Assembly (NCBI GenBank): GCA_900617105.1
Contig: UYFQ01000057.1
Coordinates: 62,001-126,000 of the forward strand
DNA: 64,000 nucleotides
From: Hydrurus foetidus
Taxonomy: Eukaryota
Reading direction: 5' to 3'
In this document: in pieces, positions 35,519 to 46,257 of the stretch
Numbering within the stretch: position 1 is the stretch's first letter
Layout: each line of letters opens with the position of its first letter
Made by a program: the position numbers and the translations under genes
The notes under the pieces: generated by a model
The model's database searches: none
What the model saw: only the letters and a program-made list of their open reading frames with translations
What the model was told of the DNA's origin: nothing

Positions 35519-38134
35519 TTAAATCAATTTCAATTGCACCGCACGCGCAACCGCTTCAGTCCGTCGTTGAACGTCCAGCTTTGAAAAGATGTTCTGGTTG
35601 TGCCACTTGACGGTACTCAGCGACACAAACAACCGTTCACCGATGTTTTGATTGGAATGGCCTTCCTGAATCAGGCGAAGAATTTCCATTTCCCGATCGC
35701 TGAAGGTGCCAAGAGGCAAGTGGGATGACGTGACTACAGCAGGCGTACTGACACGTTTATCCTGAGCAAGCTGTCCGCCAAATGCGTCCAGCAGTTGGGA
35801 CACATACGGCGTCCTTCCCGTTTCATGTTGTAACTGGCTTAGCAGTGTTTGAATCGGTGCGCCTTCATCCACAAAGAGCCTGATAGACCCCTGAGGCTGC
35901 GCCTGTGCCACGCACTCGCGTAGCAGTAGCAATGCCTTGCCCGCTTGTCCAATGGCATCGTGAATGATGACCTGCACTACCTTGGCCTTCAGCGCATCTT
36001 GCTTACGAAACTCTGCTTCCAGCATATGCCTATGGGCTTGAATAGCCCCCAGTGCATCTAACCCTTTACCCTGTGCCAATAGTGTTCTGGCTAGGGCTGC
36101 CGGAAGCTGATGCGCGATTGCCAATTCAGCCGCTTCCTCGACGACTTCGTGGCGTAGCAGGAGCAATACCCGCAACTCGGATGCTTCACGCATGCGATCG
36201 GTCAATTGCCCCACTTTTGTAAACGCAGCGGCTCGGGATAGCAGAGTTTCGGCTTCCACGTCCTCTTGTCTGGCGCTCAGCAGCCGGACCCGCATCAGAT
36301 CAGCCCCAATTTCGGTCCAGCTTTTTGCCAGGATAACAAGCTCACTGCACAAATTGGCGAGAGACTCGGCTTCGTCTAGGGCGTTCCAGTCGTAAAGAAT
36401 TTTGGCCAACCCAAGATGTGCCTCAAAACCCAACGCATGGGTAGGGTCACCAATCATCTTTATGACTTCACGGTAGGTGGCAGCCGCTGAATGGAGTTGG
36501 TAATCCGCCACTTGAAGGCCGGCTAAAGCGGTGGATGCGACCGCAGTAAACATCACATTTCCCGAAGACAAACCGGCGCCTATCACTTCATGGAAGGCCG
36601 CACTAGCTTTGGCTCTTTCCCCGCGAAACATTTGTGCGACACCCAAGGCGCAGCGCGCAGCGGTGCGGGCTGGGCGATTTTCAGGACTCAGGAGCTCCAG
36701 AGCGCGGCTAGCATGCATATAGATCGCATCAGCCTCGTTCCGGTATACCGCCAGCCAGGCATGTAGCAAGGCAATTTGGCCAGAGGTATCCGTTGTCGAT
36801 GCGTCTTGCGGGATGCGGGAAAGCGCCGCTTCAGCACCCGCCAACTTTTCTTCAATCAAACCGGGTTGGCCGGAAAACAGCAACGACCAGGAAAACGCCA
36901 CCCAAAGGAACGGGTAGCTGTTCAAAACCTTGGGAGTTAGAGACGAAAGCCATTGCACTACGGGAGCGGTCAACCCACGAAAGTACAAAGGCATGCCATT
37001 GCCTTCGATCAAACGCATGGCATTGTGCAAGTCGTTGGCAAGCGTTGCTTGATGGAACGCCTCCACCTCCATGCCCTGTTCTTCATACCATTGGCTGGCG
37101 CGGTGGTGCAGTGGCGCGGATTCCTTTTGACCTAGGCGTTGGCGCAGCAAGTCGGAAAACAAATGGTGGTACCGATACCACCGTCGCTCTGAGTCCAAAG
37201 GCACGATGAAGAGATTGGCTTGGTCAAGCTGGTGAAGAATGTCTTCACCGCCATGGCTTTGCAATACCGCATCACACAAGGGTCCACACAGGCGATCCAG
37301 TACAGACGTACGAAGCAAAAAGGATTGAACGTCGAGCGACTGTTGACGCAATACTTCCTCCACGAGGTAGTCTTGTACAAACTGGTGGCTACCTGTGAAG
37401 GAGGCAATAAACGTCTCGGGGTCCTTGTGCAAGCGAAGCGACTGGGCGGCCAATTTCAAGCCTGAAACCCAGCCCTCCGTGCGCGCCTCCAGGGCGCTAA
37501 TCTGGGTCTTGGAAAGACGGACATCGCCGCCTTGGCTGAAGAACTCTGCAGCTTCTTCCACTCCAAATCGAAGGTCCTGCTGGCGAATTTCCACCAATTG
37601 CCCGCTGACACGCAATCTCCCCAGCGAAATTTCTGGCTCCTCCCGGCTGGCGATGACCACGTGCAGCTGGGCCGGCATGTGGTCAAGCAAAAACGTCAGC
37701 ACCTCATTGACGCCAGCGCTGGCCGCCAGGTGGTAGTCATCTAAAACCAGCACCAGCTTGCCGGGAATTTTCGATAGCTGGTTCACCAACAACGTCAAAA
37801 CAGTCTCGGCCGAGGCTGGCGGCGAGCTCCTCATCAGGGCTGCCAGGCCTGATCCCACGGTTTTAGAGATCACCTCCAATGAGGCAACAAGGTATTCGAG
37901 AAAGCGGTTGGGATCGCGGTCTTCCACGTCTAGCGAGAGCCATGCACTGGGGAAGGGGCAATCCTGGGCCCATTGGCTAACCAATGTGGATTTTCCGAAT
38001 CCTGCGGCTGCGCACACCAGAGTCAACTTGCGCGACAAGCCCTCGTCCATACGTTTGGACAGCGAAGGACGTGAAATGCCATGGGCTGGCCGGGGCGGCG
38101 CGAAGAATTTAGTGGCCAGTAGCGCTGTTGACAT
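35519..38134 (-). CDS. MalT-like STAND ATPase/LuxR transcriptional regulator
   Basis: AAAGFGKST Walker A, LVLDDYH, TEGW, WYRYHHLF, C-terminal LuxR HTH. Confidence 0.92.
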   Translation of the reverse strand: MSTALLATKFFAPPRPAHGISRPSLSKRMDEGLSRKLTLVCAAAGFGKSTLVSQWAQDCPFPSAWLSLDVEDRDPNRFLEYLVASLEVISKTVGSGLAALMRSSPPASAETVLTLLVNQLSKIPGKLVLVLDDYHLAASAGVNEVLTFLLDHMPAQLHVVIASREEPEISLGRLRVSGQLVEIRQQDLRFGVEEAAEFFSQGGDVRLSKTQISALEARTEGWVSGLKLAAQSLRLHKDPETFIASFTGSHQFVQDYLVEEVLRQQSLDVQSFLLRTSVLDRLCGPLCDAVLQSHGGEDILHQLDQANLFIVPLDSERRWYRYHHLFSDLLRQRLGQKESAPLHHRASQWYEEQGMEVEAFHQATLANDLHNAMRLIEGNGMPLYFRGLTAPVVQWLSSLTPKVLNSYPFLWVAFSWSLLFSGQPGLIEEKLAGAEAALSRIPQDASTTDTSGQIALLHAWLAVYRNEADAIYMHASRALELLSPENRPARTAARCALGVAQMFRGERAKASAAFHEVIGAGLSSGNVMFTAVASTALAGLQVADYQLHSAAATYREVIKMIGDPTHALGFEAHLGLAKILYDWNALDEAESLANLCSELVILAKSWTEIGADLMRVRLLSARQEDVEAETLLSRAAAFTKVGQLTDRMREASELRVLLLLRHEVVEEAAELAIAHQLPAALARTLLAQGKGLDALGAIQAHRHMLEAEFRKQDALKAKVVQVIIHDAIGQAGKALLLLRECVAQAQPQGSIRLFVDEGAPIQTLLSQLQHETGRTPYVSQLLDAFGGQLAQDKRVSTPAVVTSSHLPLGTFSDREMEILRLIQEGHSNQNIGERLFVSLSTVKWHNQNIFSKLDVQRRTEAVARAVQLKLI

Positions 38135-38208
38135 TGGGAACCTATAACGGTGCGAAACGACGCAGCGTCAACACTGCGAAGGCGCTAGTTGCATGAGAGT
38201 GCATGCAA

Positions 38209-38228
38209 AACCGTACCTTAGTACGGGT
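38209..38228. promoter_or_regulatory. putative LuxR/MalT-type operator, site 2
   Basis: AACCGTACCTTAGTACGGGT, containing a CCGTAC/GTACGG palindrome. Confidence 0.55.
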
Positions 38229-38260
38229 ACAAAAGTGGGGGCCGTTCATAAACTCCTTGG

Positions 38261-38920
38261 ATGACAAACGCCACCCGAATCGATTGGAAGGTACCGCTGG
38301 TACTGCTATTTATCAGCGCCATCCCCTTAGCTGCTGGCATCGCCCGCCTTGTGGGTCTCTCCGGCAATCCAGAAATCAGCACCGAGAACGCCCGATTCGT
38401 TGCGGCGCCGTTCCCTGTGATTGTGCACATCCTTAGTGTGAGCCTGTTTTCTATATTGGGCGCTCTGCAGTTTTCTTCGACGCTACGCCAAGGCAGAGCC
38501 CCATGGCACAGAGTCGCGGGACGCATGGTGGCTGCAAGCGGAATCCTTGCCGCGTTATCGGGCTTGTGGATGACGGTCATGTCTCCAATTCCTCCCGAAT
38601 TGCAGGGCAGCTTGCTTTACGCAGTGCGCGTATTTGTGAGCGTTGCGATGCTGCTTTCGATCTGGAAGGCTGTGGCCGCAGTCATGGGAGGCGACATTGC
38701 CACGCACCGGGCTTGGATGATTCGCGCCTTTGCACTGGGTCAGGGTGCTGGTATGCAAGTGGTGGTGCTTCTGCCATGGATGCTTCTCATCGGTACCCCC
38801 AGCACATTGCAACGGGACGTGCTGATGAGCTTGGCATGGTTGATCAATCTTCTGCTCGCGGAGATGACGATCCAAAGGTGGTTGCCAAGCAATTGGAATT
38901 TACATAGAGGTACCGTATGA
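38261..38920 (+). CDS. DUF2306-like membrane protein
   Basis: LGALQF, WHRVAGR, HRAWMIRAFA motifs. Confidence 0.8.
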   Translation: MTNATRIDWKVPLVLLFISAIPLAAGIARLVGLSGNPEISTENARFVAAPFPVIVHILSVSLFSILGALQFSSTLRQGRAPWHRVAGRMVAASGILAALSGLWMTVMSPIPPELQGSLLYAVRVFVSVAMLLSIWKAVAAVMGGDIATHRAWMIRAFALGQGAGMQVVVLLPWMLLIGTPSTLQRDVLMSLAWLINLLLAEMTIQRWLPSNWNLHRGTV

Positions 38921-39336
38921 AAAATATTCTTATCGCTACATTGGTCGCAAGCACGCTGGGGGCGTGCGGATTCATGACGCCCGCCAAACAATATGCCGGA
39001 GACGTTCAAGATGTGTCTGGCATTGCAGTCATCAAAGGATTTTTAGGAAAGCCTTTTTCTGATGACCTCCACGCAACTATTCGGGCCTATTCAAAGCTTG
39101 AATCTTCTGGCTCAGGTGAACAAAAGCAGTTCGGCATACCCGGCTTTACAGACTACCCGAGTGAGATTCATGTGCTGGCCGGCGATTACAAGGTTCAAGT
39201 CTATTGTTTTAACGGCTTTACCAGTTACCGACCCACCACGACGCTACCGATGCAAGCGGGGAACACCTACCTGCTGAAGTGTGAAGTACACGAAGGTAAA
39301 GCCTTGGTCGTCGTCCACGCCAGCGATACCCAATAG
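38917..39336 (+). CDS. hypothetical lipoprotein
   Basis: lipobox LGAC. Confidence 0.7.
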   Translation: MKNILIATLVASTLGACGFMTPAKQYAGDVQDVSGIAVIKGFLGKPFSDDLHATIRAYSKLESSGSGEQKQFGIPGFTDYPSEIHVLAGDYKVQVYCFNGFTSYRPTTTLPMQAGNTYLLKCEVHEGKALVVVHASDTQ

Positions 39337-39394
39337 GCAAACGAGTCCTTATCGCTCACTCATTTTCTTTCAGCTATTTTTACAGCCCTCCATC

Positions 39395-40015
39395 ATGAAA
39401 TTGAAACCCAATTCTGAGTCTGTCGTTACCCGCGCCTCTCGGGTGCTTTTATTGTTGGCGGTGACTGGCCTGACGGCCTGCTCGACGATGCAAGCAACCG
39501 ACACAGGTTTTTTGAAAAATCGCAGCGAAATGAAGACTTCAAAAGATGGCGGCACCGCCTACTATCGCTCTCCAACTCTGGTAGACCCGCATCAGGTGCG
39601 CTCTATTTCTGTCGAGTGGGCCGCGCCAACCAACGGCATAGTTCCTGAGACTGAACGAGCGCGACTGATTTCCACCTTAAGCGCTGCCATTTCCAGGGAA
39701 ACCAAAGCATTGCCACAAAGTGATGGCGGTCGCCCGGTGGTTATCCGCGCAGTCATCACCCGGGTCGAGTCAGTGAACCCTGCGCTCAACGTCTTAACAT
39801 CCGTGTTCTTAACCGTGCCTCTTGATCGTGGCGGTGCCGCCGTGGAAATTCAAGTGCTGGATGCAGATACGCTGCAACCACTCGCAAGCATGTCGCATGC
39901 CTACTTTGTCCCCATCACAGAATTCAAAGCCAGGTTCTCAGCATTGGCACCCGCAGAATTGGCATTGAATGCAGCAGCATCCGAATTGGCGAAACTACTG
40001 CGTGATAAAGGCTAG
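39395..40015 (+). CDS. DUF3313-like lipoprotein
   Basis: lipobox LTAC, TGFL, GGAAVEIQVLDA.T. Confidence 0.7.
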   Translation: MKLKPNSESVVTRASRVLLLLAVTGLTACSTMQATDTGFLKNRSEMKTSKDGGTAYYRSPTLVDPHQVRSISVEWAAPTNGIVPETERARLISTLSAAISRETKALPQSDGGRPVVIRAVITRVESVNPALNVLTSVFLTVPLDRGGAAVEIQVLDADTLQPLASMSHAYFVPITEFKARFSALAPAELALNAAASELAKLLRDKG

Positions 40016-40354
40016 ATTTTTCACCGCGGTTCTTCTGATTCCACTTTCGCTGGCGTTTTTTACTTTACCTACAGCCGCGCAGGATCGGTCGGGCGACACC
40101 GCACCCGTCGTCGAAGGAACCGGTACTACTTAGGCTCGGGCGTTTGAAATTGATGAAATGCTTTCAAAGCATTTCAAGCCCGGAGAGCCAGGCGCCCGCG
40201 ACATTGTTTCCCATCGCAGCGCCCTCCTGTTCCGCGCCCACCGGAATTCCCATTCCGCACGGGCTCAGTTACGAAGCAATTTACCGCTGCTGCGATCATG
40301 TTGCTTGCCGGGCAAGGGAAGCTTTCTTTAGATCCTGAGGCTGGCCGTCACGTA

Positions 40355-41030
40355 ACCACTGAAAACTTGCGCACGCATACGCCCGGCTTCCGAGACTTCA
40401 CAGAGTTGCCGACAATTCAGTGTCGGGCTCACATAGGACGTAATTCCCGGTGACACCATTGCAGTTTTCAAAGATGCGCAACTGCAATTTCAACCGGGCC
40501 ATCGCTTTTCATACCGCAACTCCAATTATTTTCTGCGCGGAAAAATCATAGAAAAGGTGTCCGGCATCTGCCACGAGGACTTCATGCAGCAGCAGATCTT
40601 TCAGCCGTTACAAATGCACAGCACGGATATTGAGACCGCCGCGAGCCCAGTTGCTACTGTCATTGGCTACACGCAAGAAAAAAAGGGCATCACCAAATCA
40701 CCGTTTTGGGGTATGCGTTGACCCATTGCCGCAGGGACCTTGCCGTCAGGATAGGCGTACGCTTGAGGCGCGACTCCTGAGAACGAATGGCCAAAGACTT
40801 CACGTTGAGTGACGACAGCCACACCGGCTACGGGCAGGGTTAGTTCATTCGCAAAATCCACGTTAACGACGCACTGGAGCATGGCGGTGACATTGGCGGC
40901 TTCAGTGCTGACACAGGGCATTTCCCAAAAAGAGCAAATATTTATTGCGGTATTAGCCAACAGTGATTCCCATGAACCCGCGCCAGACACCGTCGCCGAA
41001 AAGATTGCCAAGATCACCTTCGCACCCTGA
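40355..41030 (+). pseudogene. degraded serine hydrolase (beta-lactamase-related)
   Basis: fragment FQPGHRFSYRNSNYFLRGKIIEKVSG...IFQPLQMHST (~40490-40630) and IAVLAN in another frame; no intact ORF. Confidence 0.7.
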
Positions 41031-41071
41031 GCGCAATTTGAGTCACGCTGAGGGCGCTAGGGTTTGCGACT

Positions 41072-41509
41072 TTAGACGGGGAGTTTGCGAAACGCAATGG
41101 CGAATCGATTCCAAGAGTTGATGGTATTCACCAGCAGCGTCAAGTCGACCATCTCGGCTGGTGTGAAATGATCCTTCACCCGATTCCACACGTCATCTGG
41201 CACGCGCGTGTTGGCCACCAAAGTCACAGATTCCGTCCATTCCAATGCTGCGCGTTCAGTATCAGTGAAGAATGGTGTCTCACGCCAGACGGCCACGGTT
41301 GATAGGCGACGCTCACTTTCACCTGCTTTGCGTGCGTCAGAGGTGTGTACATCAATGCAATAGGCGCAGCCGTTGATTTGAGAAGCGCGAAGCCTCACCA
41401 ATTCGATGAGTGTTCTTTCCAGACCTGAGCGGGCGATCTGCTGCTCCAGGGCAGACATGGCTTTCATGGCTTCTGGGCCGAATTTGTAGAAGTTGAGACG
41501 GGGTTCCAT
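41072..41509 (-). CDS. carboxymuconolactone decarboxylase/AhpD family protein
   Basis: RASQINGCAYC and INSWNR motifs. Confidence 0.9.
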   Translation of the reverse strand: MEPRLNFYKFGPEAMKAMSALEQQIARSGLERTLIELVRLRASQINGCAYCIDVHTSDARKAGESERRLSTVAVWRETPFFTDTERAALEWTESVTLVANTRVPDDVWNRVKDHFTPAEMVDLTLLVNTINSWNRFAIAFRKLPV

Positions 41510-41597
41510 GGTGTATTCCTTGGTTGATTAAAGTTAAGAGTGCTTACTTGCAAATGCCTGTTACAGACGTGGAACTTAAGACGCTGGTGAAAATTAT

Positions 41598-43037
41598 TTA
41601 TTGCGGGATTCGGCGTGACAAAGCCTGACCTGCAAACGCGATGGCGATGGCAAAGCTGATCAGGCCTGCGGCGACTCCAAAAGTGACGCGCATACCAGTC
41701 ACAACCGCCTCTGGAGGTGCCATCAAGAGATCGGAAGTGGCTGCTCCCATGGCGAACACAGCGCCCATCAGAGATGCGCCGGTAATCAACCCGAGATTGC
41801 GCGACAGGTTGAGCAGGCCGGAGATCACACCACGCTGGTCTGGCCGGATATTGGTCATCACTGCGGTGTTGTTAGCGGCATGGAACAATGCATAGCTTCC
41901 AGTTATCACTACGAGCGGTGCGATGTAGCCGGGTATGCCGAACGTCGTTGGAAGTAGAGTCATTGCGGATGTGCCGATGACCATGCCAACGAGTCCAAAA
42001 ATTCCCATTCGATATGCGCCCAACTGATCTACGAGGCGACCAGCTGGAGCACCTGTGAGTGCGGCAATGATGGGGCCTGATGACATAACCAGGCCGACAT
42101 GGGCCGGGTCGAGCCCAAGCGCACCAGAGAGATAGAACGGACCAACAACCAATGTTGCCATCACCACCGTGGTGACAATGGCGCTCATAGTGAAACCTGT
42201 GCTCAGCACCGAGTTCTTGAACGTGGCCATCTGAATCAGAGGAGCCTCTGCCCGCGACTCGGCAAGTACAAACAGGCCGAGTCCAATGACGGCCAACACC
42301 AGCAATGTAATGTTGAGTGGGCCGAAACTGCCACGCCCGATCGTCATGGACACGGCGTAAGCGGCAAGCGTCAGTACAAGAATCACCGTCCCCATCAAGT
42401 CAAACTCGACCTTTTTGGTGTTCGTGACTTTGTGATCCTTGGGGAGGTATTGGTAGGCGAGCACCAGCGTCAAAATGCCCAACGGTAAATTGATGAGAAA
42501 AAGTGCGGGCCAACCGAACCAGGCAATAAGTACACCACCCAGGGTGGGGCCGAGTGCTGTTCCCACTGCTGACATGGTTCCGAGAAGACCCATGGCGCTA
42601 CCCGTCTTTTCCTTGGGAACTGCCTCACCTACCATCGCCATCGTGAGAACCATCATGATGGCGGCACCCAAGCCCTGAACCACTCGCGCAGCAATCAAAA
42701 GCCAGAGCGATGGGGCGACACCGCACAGTGCTGAGGCCAGCGTAAACAGTGTGATCCCGCCCAACATCAAACGGCGGCGGCCCATAACGTCACCAAGGCG
42801 CCCTACGCTGACGATCAGCGTAGTGATGGCGAGTAGGTAGGCGAGAACGATCCACTGGACTTGTTGAAAAGGGGCGTTGAATGCCTGCGCCAATGTTGGC
42901 AAACCCACGTTGGCAATGCTGGTGCCAAGTGATGACAACAACATGGACAGCGACAAACTGATAAGTGCCCAACGAACCGGCGGCGTCTCTTGCCGACCGG
43001 TCTCTCGATGGTCTGATTTTGAAATGATTGACTTCAC
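41598..43037 (-). CDS. MFS DHA2-type efflux transporter
   Basis: SIANVGLP, GRLGD..GRR, GPTLGG; multi-TM pattern. Confidence 0.88.
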   Translation of the reverse strand: MKSIISKSDHRETGRQETPPVRWALISLSLSMLLSSLGTSIANVGLPTLAQAFNAPFQQVQWIVLAYLLAITTLIVSVGRLGDVMGRRRLMLGGITLFTLASALCGVAPSLWLLIAARVVQGLGAAIMMVLTMAMVGEAVPKEKTGSAMGLLGTMSAVGTALGPTLGGVLIAWFGWPALFLINLPLGILTLVLAYQYLPKDHKVTNTKKVEFDLMGTVILVLTLAAYAVSMTIGRGSFGPLNITLLVLAVIGLGLFVLAESRAEAPLIQMATFKNSVLSTGFTMSAIVTTVVMATLVVGPFYLSGALGLDPAHVGLVMSSGPIIAALTGAPAGRLVDQLGAYRMGIFGLVGMVIGTSAMTLLPTTFGIPGYIAPLVVITGSYALFHAANNTAVMTNIRPDQRGVISGLLNLSRNLGLITGASLMGAVFAMGAATSDLLMAPPEAVVTGMRVTFGVAAGLISFAIAIAFAGQALSRRIPQ

Positions 43038-43176
43038 ATGAATTCCTTCTTTTTTGTCCCTGCGTTAGGGATGCAAGTAGCGTAGGCATTTGTGAGTTAT
43101 TGCGGAAGACGCTGCAATTGCACTTTATTTGTGTGTGTGACGCCATACCAGGGGCAAGCTGCGATATGGTGAACGC

Positions 43177-44073
43177 ATGTCAGCGCCCGACCTCAATTTG
43201 CTCGTTACCCTGGATGTGCTGCTTTCCGAGGGCAACGTGACACGTGCCGCCAAGCGATTGCGCCTCAGCCCATCTGCCATGAGCCGGGCTCTGGCGAGGT
43301 TAAGAGAGACAACGGGGGATCCGCTTCTGGTGAGGGCGGGGAGAGGGCTCGTTCCGACACCCAGAGCGCTTGAACTTCGCGCGAGAGTCAGTCAGTTGGT
43401 GCAAGACGCCCAGTCAGTGTTACGCCCTGCAGAAATCCCTGACCTCCAGCATCTGCTGCGAACATTCACATTGCGAACCAGCGAGGGTTTTGCAGAGAAT
43501 TTTGGACCTGCCCTCATTGCTCGCACCCGCTTAGAGGCGCCTGGCGTACGACTGCGCTTTGTGCAAAAACTAGACAAAGACAGCGCACCTTTGCGTGAAG
43601 GGACTGTAGATCTGGAGACTGGTGTCATTGCGAACACGATGGGTCCGGAACTGCGTGCCCAGGCCCTTTTCCGGGATCGTTTTGTCGGCGTCGTGCGAAT
43701 GGGACACTCGCTAATTGAAGGAGCGCTAAGTCCTGCCAGGTATGCGGCCGGTCGGCATATTGGTATCTCGCGCCAGGGTCTCGAAATGGGCCCCATTGAC
43801 GAAGCGATGAGCGCGCTCGGTCTGGAAAGAGAGATTGCCACCACCGTCGGTGGATTTTCGACTGCGGTGGCGATGGCCCGTGCGTCAGATTTAATTGCAA
43901 GCGTTCCGGAACGCCATACGGGGAATTTACGGGCAGGAATGCATACTTTCACGCTTCCATTTGCGACCCCCGAGTTCACCGTATCGCTGCTTTGGCATCC
44001 ACGGCTTCACGCTGATCCGGCGCATCGATGGCTACGTGGAGTTGTTCTGGAAATATGCGCTTTGACACCCTGA
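43177..44073 (+). CDS. LysR family regulator
   Basis: DLNLL..LD, SAMSRALARLR, DPAHRWLR motifs. Confidence 0.92.
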   Translation: MSAPDLNLLVTLDVLLSEGNVTRAAKRLRLSPSAMSRALARLRETTGDPLLVRAGRGLVPTPRALELRARVSQLVQDAQSVLRPAEIPDLQHLLRTFTLRTSEGFAENFGPALIARTRLEAPGVRLRFVQKLDKDSAPLREGTVDLETGVIANTMGPELRAQALFRDRFVGVVRMGHSLIEGALSPARYAAGRHIGISRQGLEMGPIDEAMSALGLEREIATTVGGFSTAVAMARASDLIASVPERHTGNLRAGMHTFTLPFATPEFTVSLLWHPRLHADPAHRWLRGVVLEICALTP

Positions 44074-44121
44074 CGGGGTTGTACGCCCTCATCCACGAAA
44101 ATTTCAGAATCCCCGGTTTTC

Positions 44122-45084
44122 TCAGCGTCCCAGCATCTTCTGACCGTCTTGGCGCAGTGCGCCTTCAGGTCCAATATGCCGGCAAACGGTCTGGCGCGTG
44201 CGGTGCGCGTTGTCTGCGATGACTCCGGCCACAAACCCAAACAGCGACGGTGGAAAATCGTGACCCATCCCCTCGACGATGCGTAGTTCGGCTCCTTGAA
44301 TATTGGCCGCCGTATCCTTCCCAGCTTCCGGGGGAACTAGTGGGTCGTCTGCCCCATGCAACACAAGCGTCGGAGCACTTATGCTGGCTAGTCGTGGTCT
44401 TAAGTCACCGGTTGCTGCGATGGCGGCGATGTGCCGCCAGAACCCGCTTGGGTTGTATGCCCGCTTGACTTCGGCCAAGGCTTGCTCTCGTTGGGCGGAT
44501 TCGTCAAACGGATAGCCTCGCCCGGCAATTACTTGAGAAAAGGCAACGCAATGTGCGAGATAGCCCTGTTCATCTTTCAAAGGATGTGGCGCGGGCGATG
44601 TCATCACCGCCATCACTGCAGGGCTGGCCTGCGGTAGATCACGATTGCCAGTACTCGACATCATGGACACCAGAGATCGAACGCGGCCGGAATGCTCGCT
44701 GGCCATCAGTTGTGCAATCATGCCGCCCATTGATCTCCCAACCACGTGCGCTCGTTTGATCATCAACGCATCGAGAAGTCCTACAGCGTCGTTCGCCATA
44801 TCGAACAGCGTGTAAGGCACATGGGGCGTTTCGCCACGAGAGACTACGTCGGCAATTGCAGCGAGATCTGGCATCGACGTGCTATGGAAGTGGGTTGAAA
44901 GGCCAGCATCGCGATTGTCAAAGCGAATCACGCGGTAACCGTGCTCTGCCAATATCTGGCAAAACGTTTCGCTCCAGCGAATCATCTGCGTACCCAGACC
45001 GGAAATCAGCAGAACAGCTTCCGCCTCGTTATTGCCAAAACAATCGTATTCAATTTCAATTCCATTCGCATTAATCTTGGGCAT
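44122..45084 (-). CDS. alpha/beta hydrolase (esterase-like)
   Basis: RFDNRDAGLS, GRSMGG, HGADDP, GMGHD motifs. Confidence 0.88.
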   Translation of the reverse strand: MPKINANGIEIEYDCFGNNEAEAVLLISGLGTQMIRWSETFCQILAEHGYRVIRFDNRDAGLSTHFHSTSMPDLAAIADVVSRGETPHVPYTLFDMANDAVGLLDALMIKRAHVVGRSMGGMIAQLMASEHSGRVRSLVSMMSSTGNRDLPQASPAVMAVMTSPAPHPLKDEQGYLAHCVAFSQVIAGRGYPFDESAQREQALAEVKRAYNPSGFWRHIAAIAATGDLRPRLASISAPTLVLHGADDPLVPPEAGKDTAANIQGAELRIVEGMGHDFPPSLFGFVAGVIADNAHRTRQTVCRHIGPEGALRQDGQKMLGR

Positions 45085-45126
45085 GGCGTGTGGTCCTTCA
45101 ATGTTCTTGTGTCGCGATAGCGTTGC

Positions 45127-45558
45127 TCATGAGAGTGCCAAGTTTGGCGTGCGTGCAAGCGTTACCAGTGCTGCGGAAACCATCTCAACCGCTACGGGGG
45201 CGATGGATTCGACGGCTTCGGTGCAAATGCTATCGGCAGTCTCGCGTGCGGCGTTCACCAGCGCACGCCCGGCTGGGCGAAGCACAGCCTGACGAAATCC
45301 ATTCGCACCTTCGCGCACCACGAGGCCAATCTTCTCGAGCACGATCAACTGACGCAGTACAGCCGATTGAGGCTGACCCATCGGACGCACGAGTTCCGCA
45401 ATGCCTACCCGACCACCGTCCGCTTCCGCGAGCAAGTTCAGCAGCGCAAAGTCATTGAAACTGATGCCATGGTAGAGACCCAGCTCGTCGTCAAGCTTGC
45501 GTTGCAAGCTGGCGTGGGCACGGTGTAGCGCCATGCAGAATCCGAGATTCGTGTTCAT
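45127..45558 (-). CDS. MarR-like winged-helix regulator
   Basis: HGISFNDFALL, SAVLRQL..LEKIGLV. Confidence 0.75.
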   Translation of the reverse strand: MNTNLGFCMALHRAHASLQRKLDDELGLYHGISFNDFALLNLLAEADGGRVGIAELVRPMGQPQSAVLRQLIVLEKIGLVVREGANGFRQAVLRPAGRALVNAARETADSICTEAVESIAPVAVEMVSAALVTLARTPNLALS

Positions 45559-45923
45559 CAAGGTTTGCTCCCCGATTCGTCGTAGCCGAGTTCGCCGAGG
45601 CAAGGGATTTCCTGGCGCCACAGGCTCACTAGCATTTCCAATTCCTGTGCGGCATTGAACGCCGGATCTTCGCTGGGTTTGACCATGTCGAGTACGTCGA
45701 AGAGAAAGTTGCTCTCACCGTGCGCGACCCAGTCCTGCGCAAGCCTCGCATTGCGATGCAGTCCATGCTGCAGTTCAAAACGATGCCGGTTGAGTGTGCC
45801 CTGAACGTTCGTACTTCCGGCAACCAACGCTCGGCCCGTGATCTGGTTACGTATCGCATACACGCCTGCTCGGGTTTTCGTCTCCAAATACTGTCGTTTC
45901 AGCGTCTTTTTGTTTGTCATCAT
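45558..45923 (-). CDS. GIY-YIG-like protein
   Basis: AGVYAIRN, LNRHRFEL..G.HRN..L..DW motifs; has its own ATG. Confidence 0.7.
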   Translation of the reverse strand: MMTNKKTLKRQYLETKTRAGVYAIRNQITGRALVAGSTNVQGTLNRHRFELQHGLHRNARLAQDWVAHGESNFLFDVLDMVKPSEDPAFNAAQELEMLVSLWRQEIPCLGELGYDESGSKP

Positions 45924-46229
45924 CAATCCTTTTTGTTCCCAATGCGTCACGTTGCAAGCGATGGCACCTCTACCAACCAATCCCAGTGCCGAGTCGGTTC
46001 CCTGAAGCTGATACCCGCCAGGAGGTAGACGTACAACCATCTCGGCATCGCTTCCTGGAATGTCGATATCGACAACTTGGCCAGTCTGGTCGCAGAAGGT
46101 CCGCGACGGATTGGGTACGCCTGTCGCCAGGGCGTGTTTCACAGCCAATGCGTTGACCTTCAAGCTGCCATAGGCAATTCGCTTGTGGCCGTTGAAGCTG
46201 GTGTAGGAAGGTGTAGCGGTATCAGTCAC
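45924..46229 (-). pseudogene. truncated DUF2239-like gene reading in frame into the GIY-YIG ORF
   Basis: YTSFNGHKRIAYG and FCDQTGQVVDID N-terminal motifs; the rest of the family sequence appears absent. Confidence 0.55.
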
Positions 46230-46257
46230 GGGGAGATTGGGCTTGAATTGGATGGGC

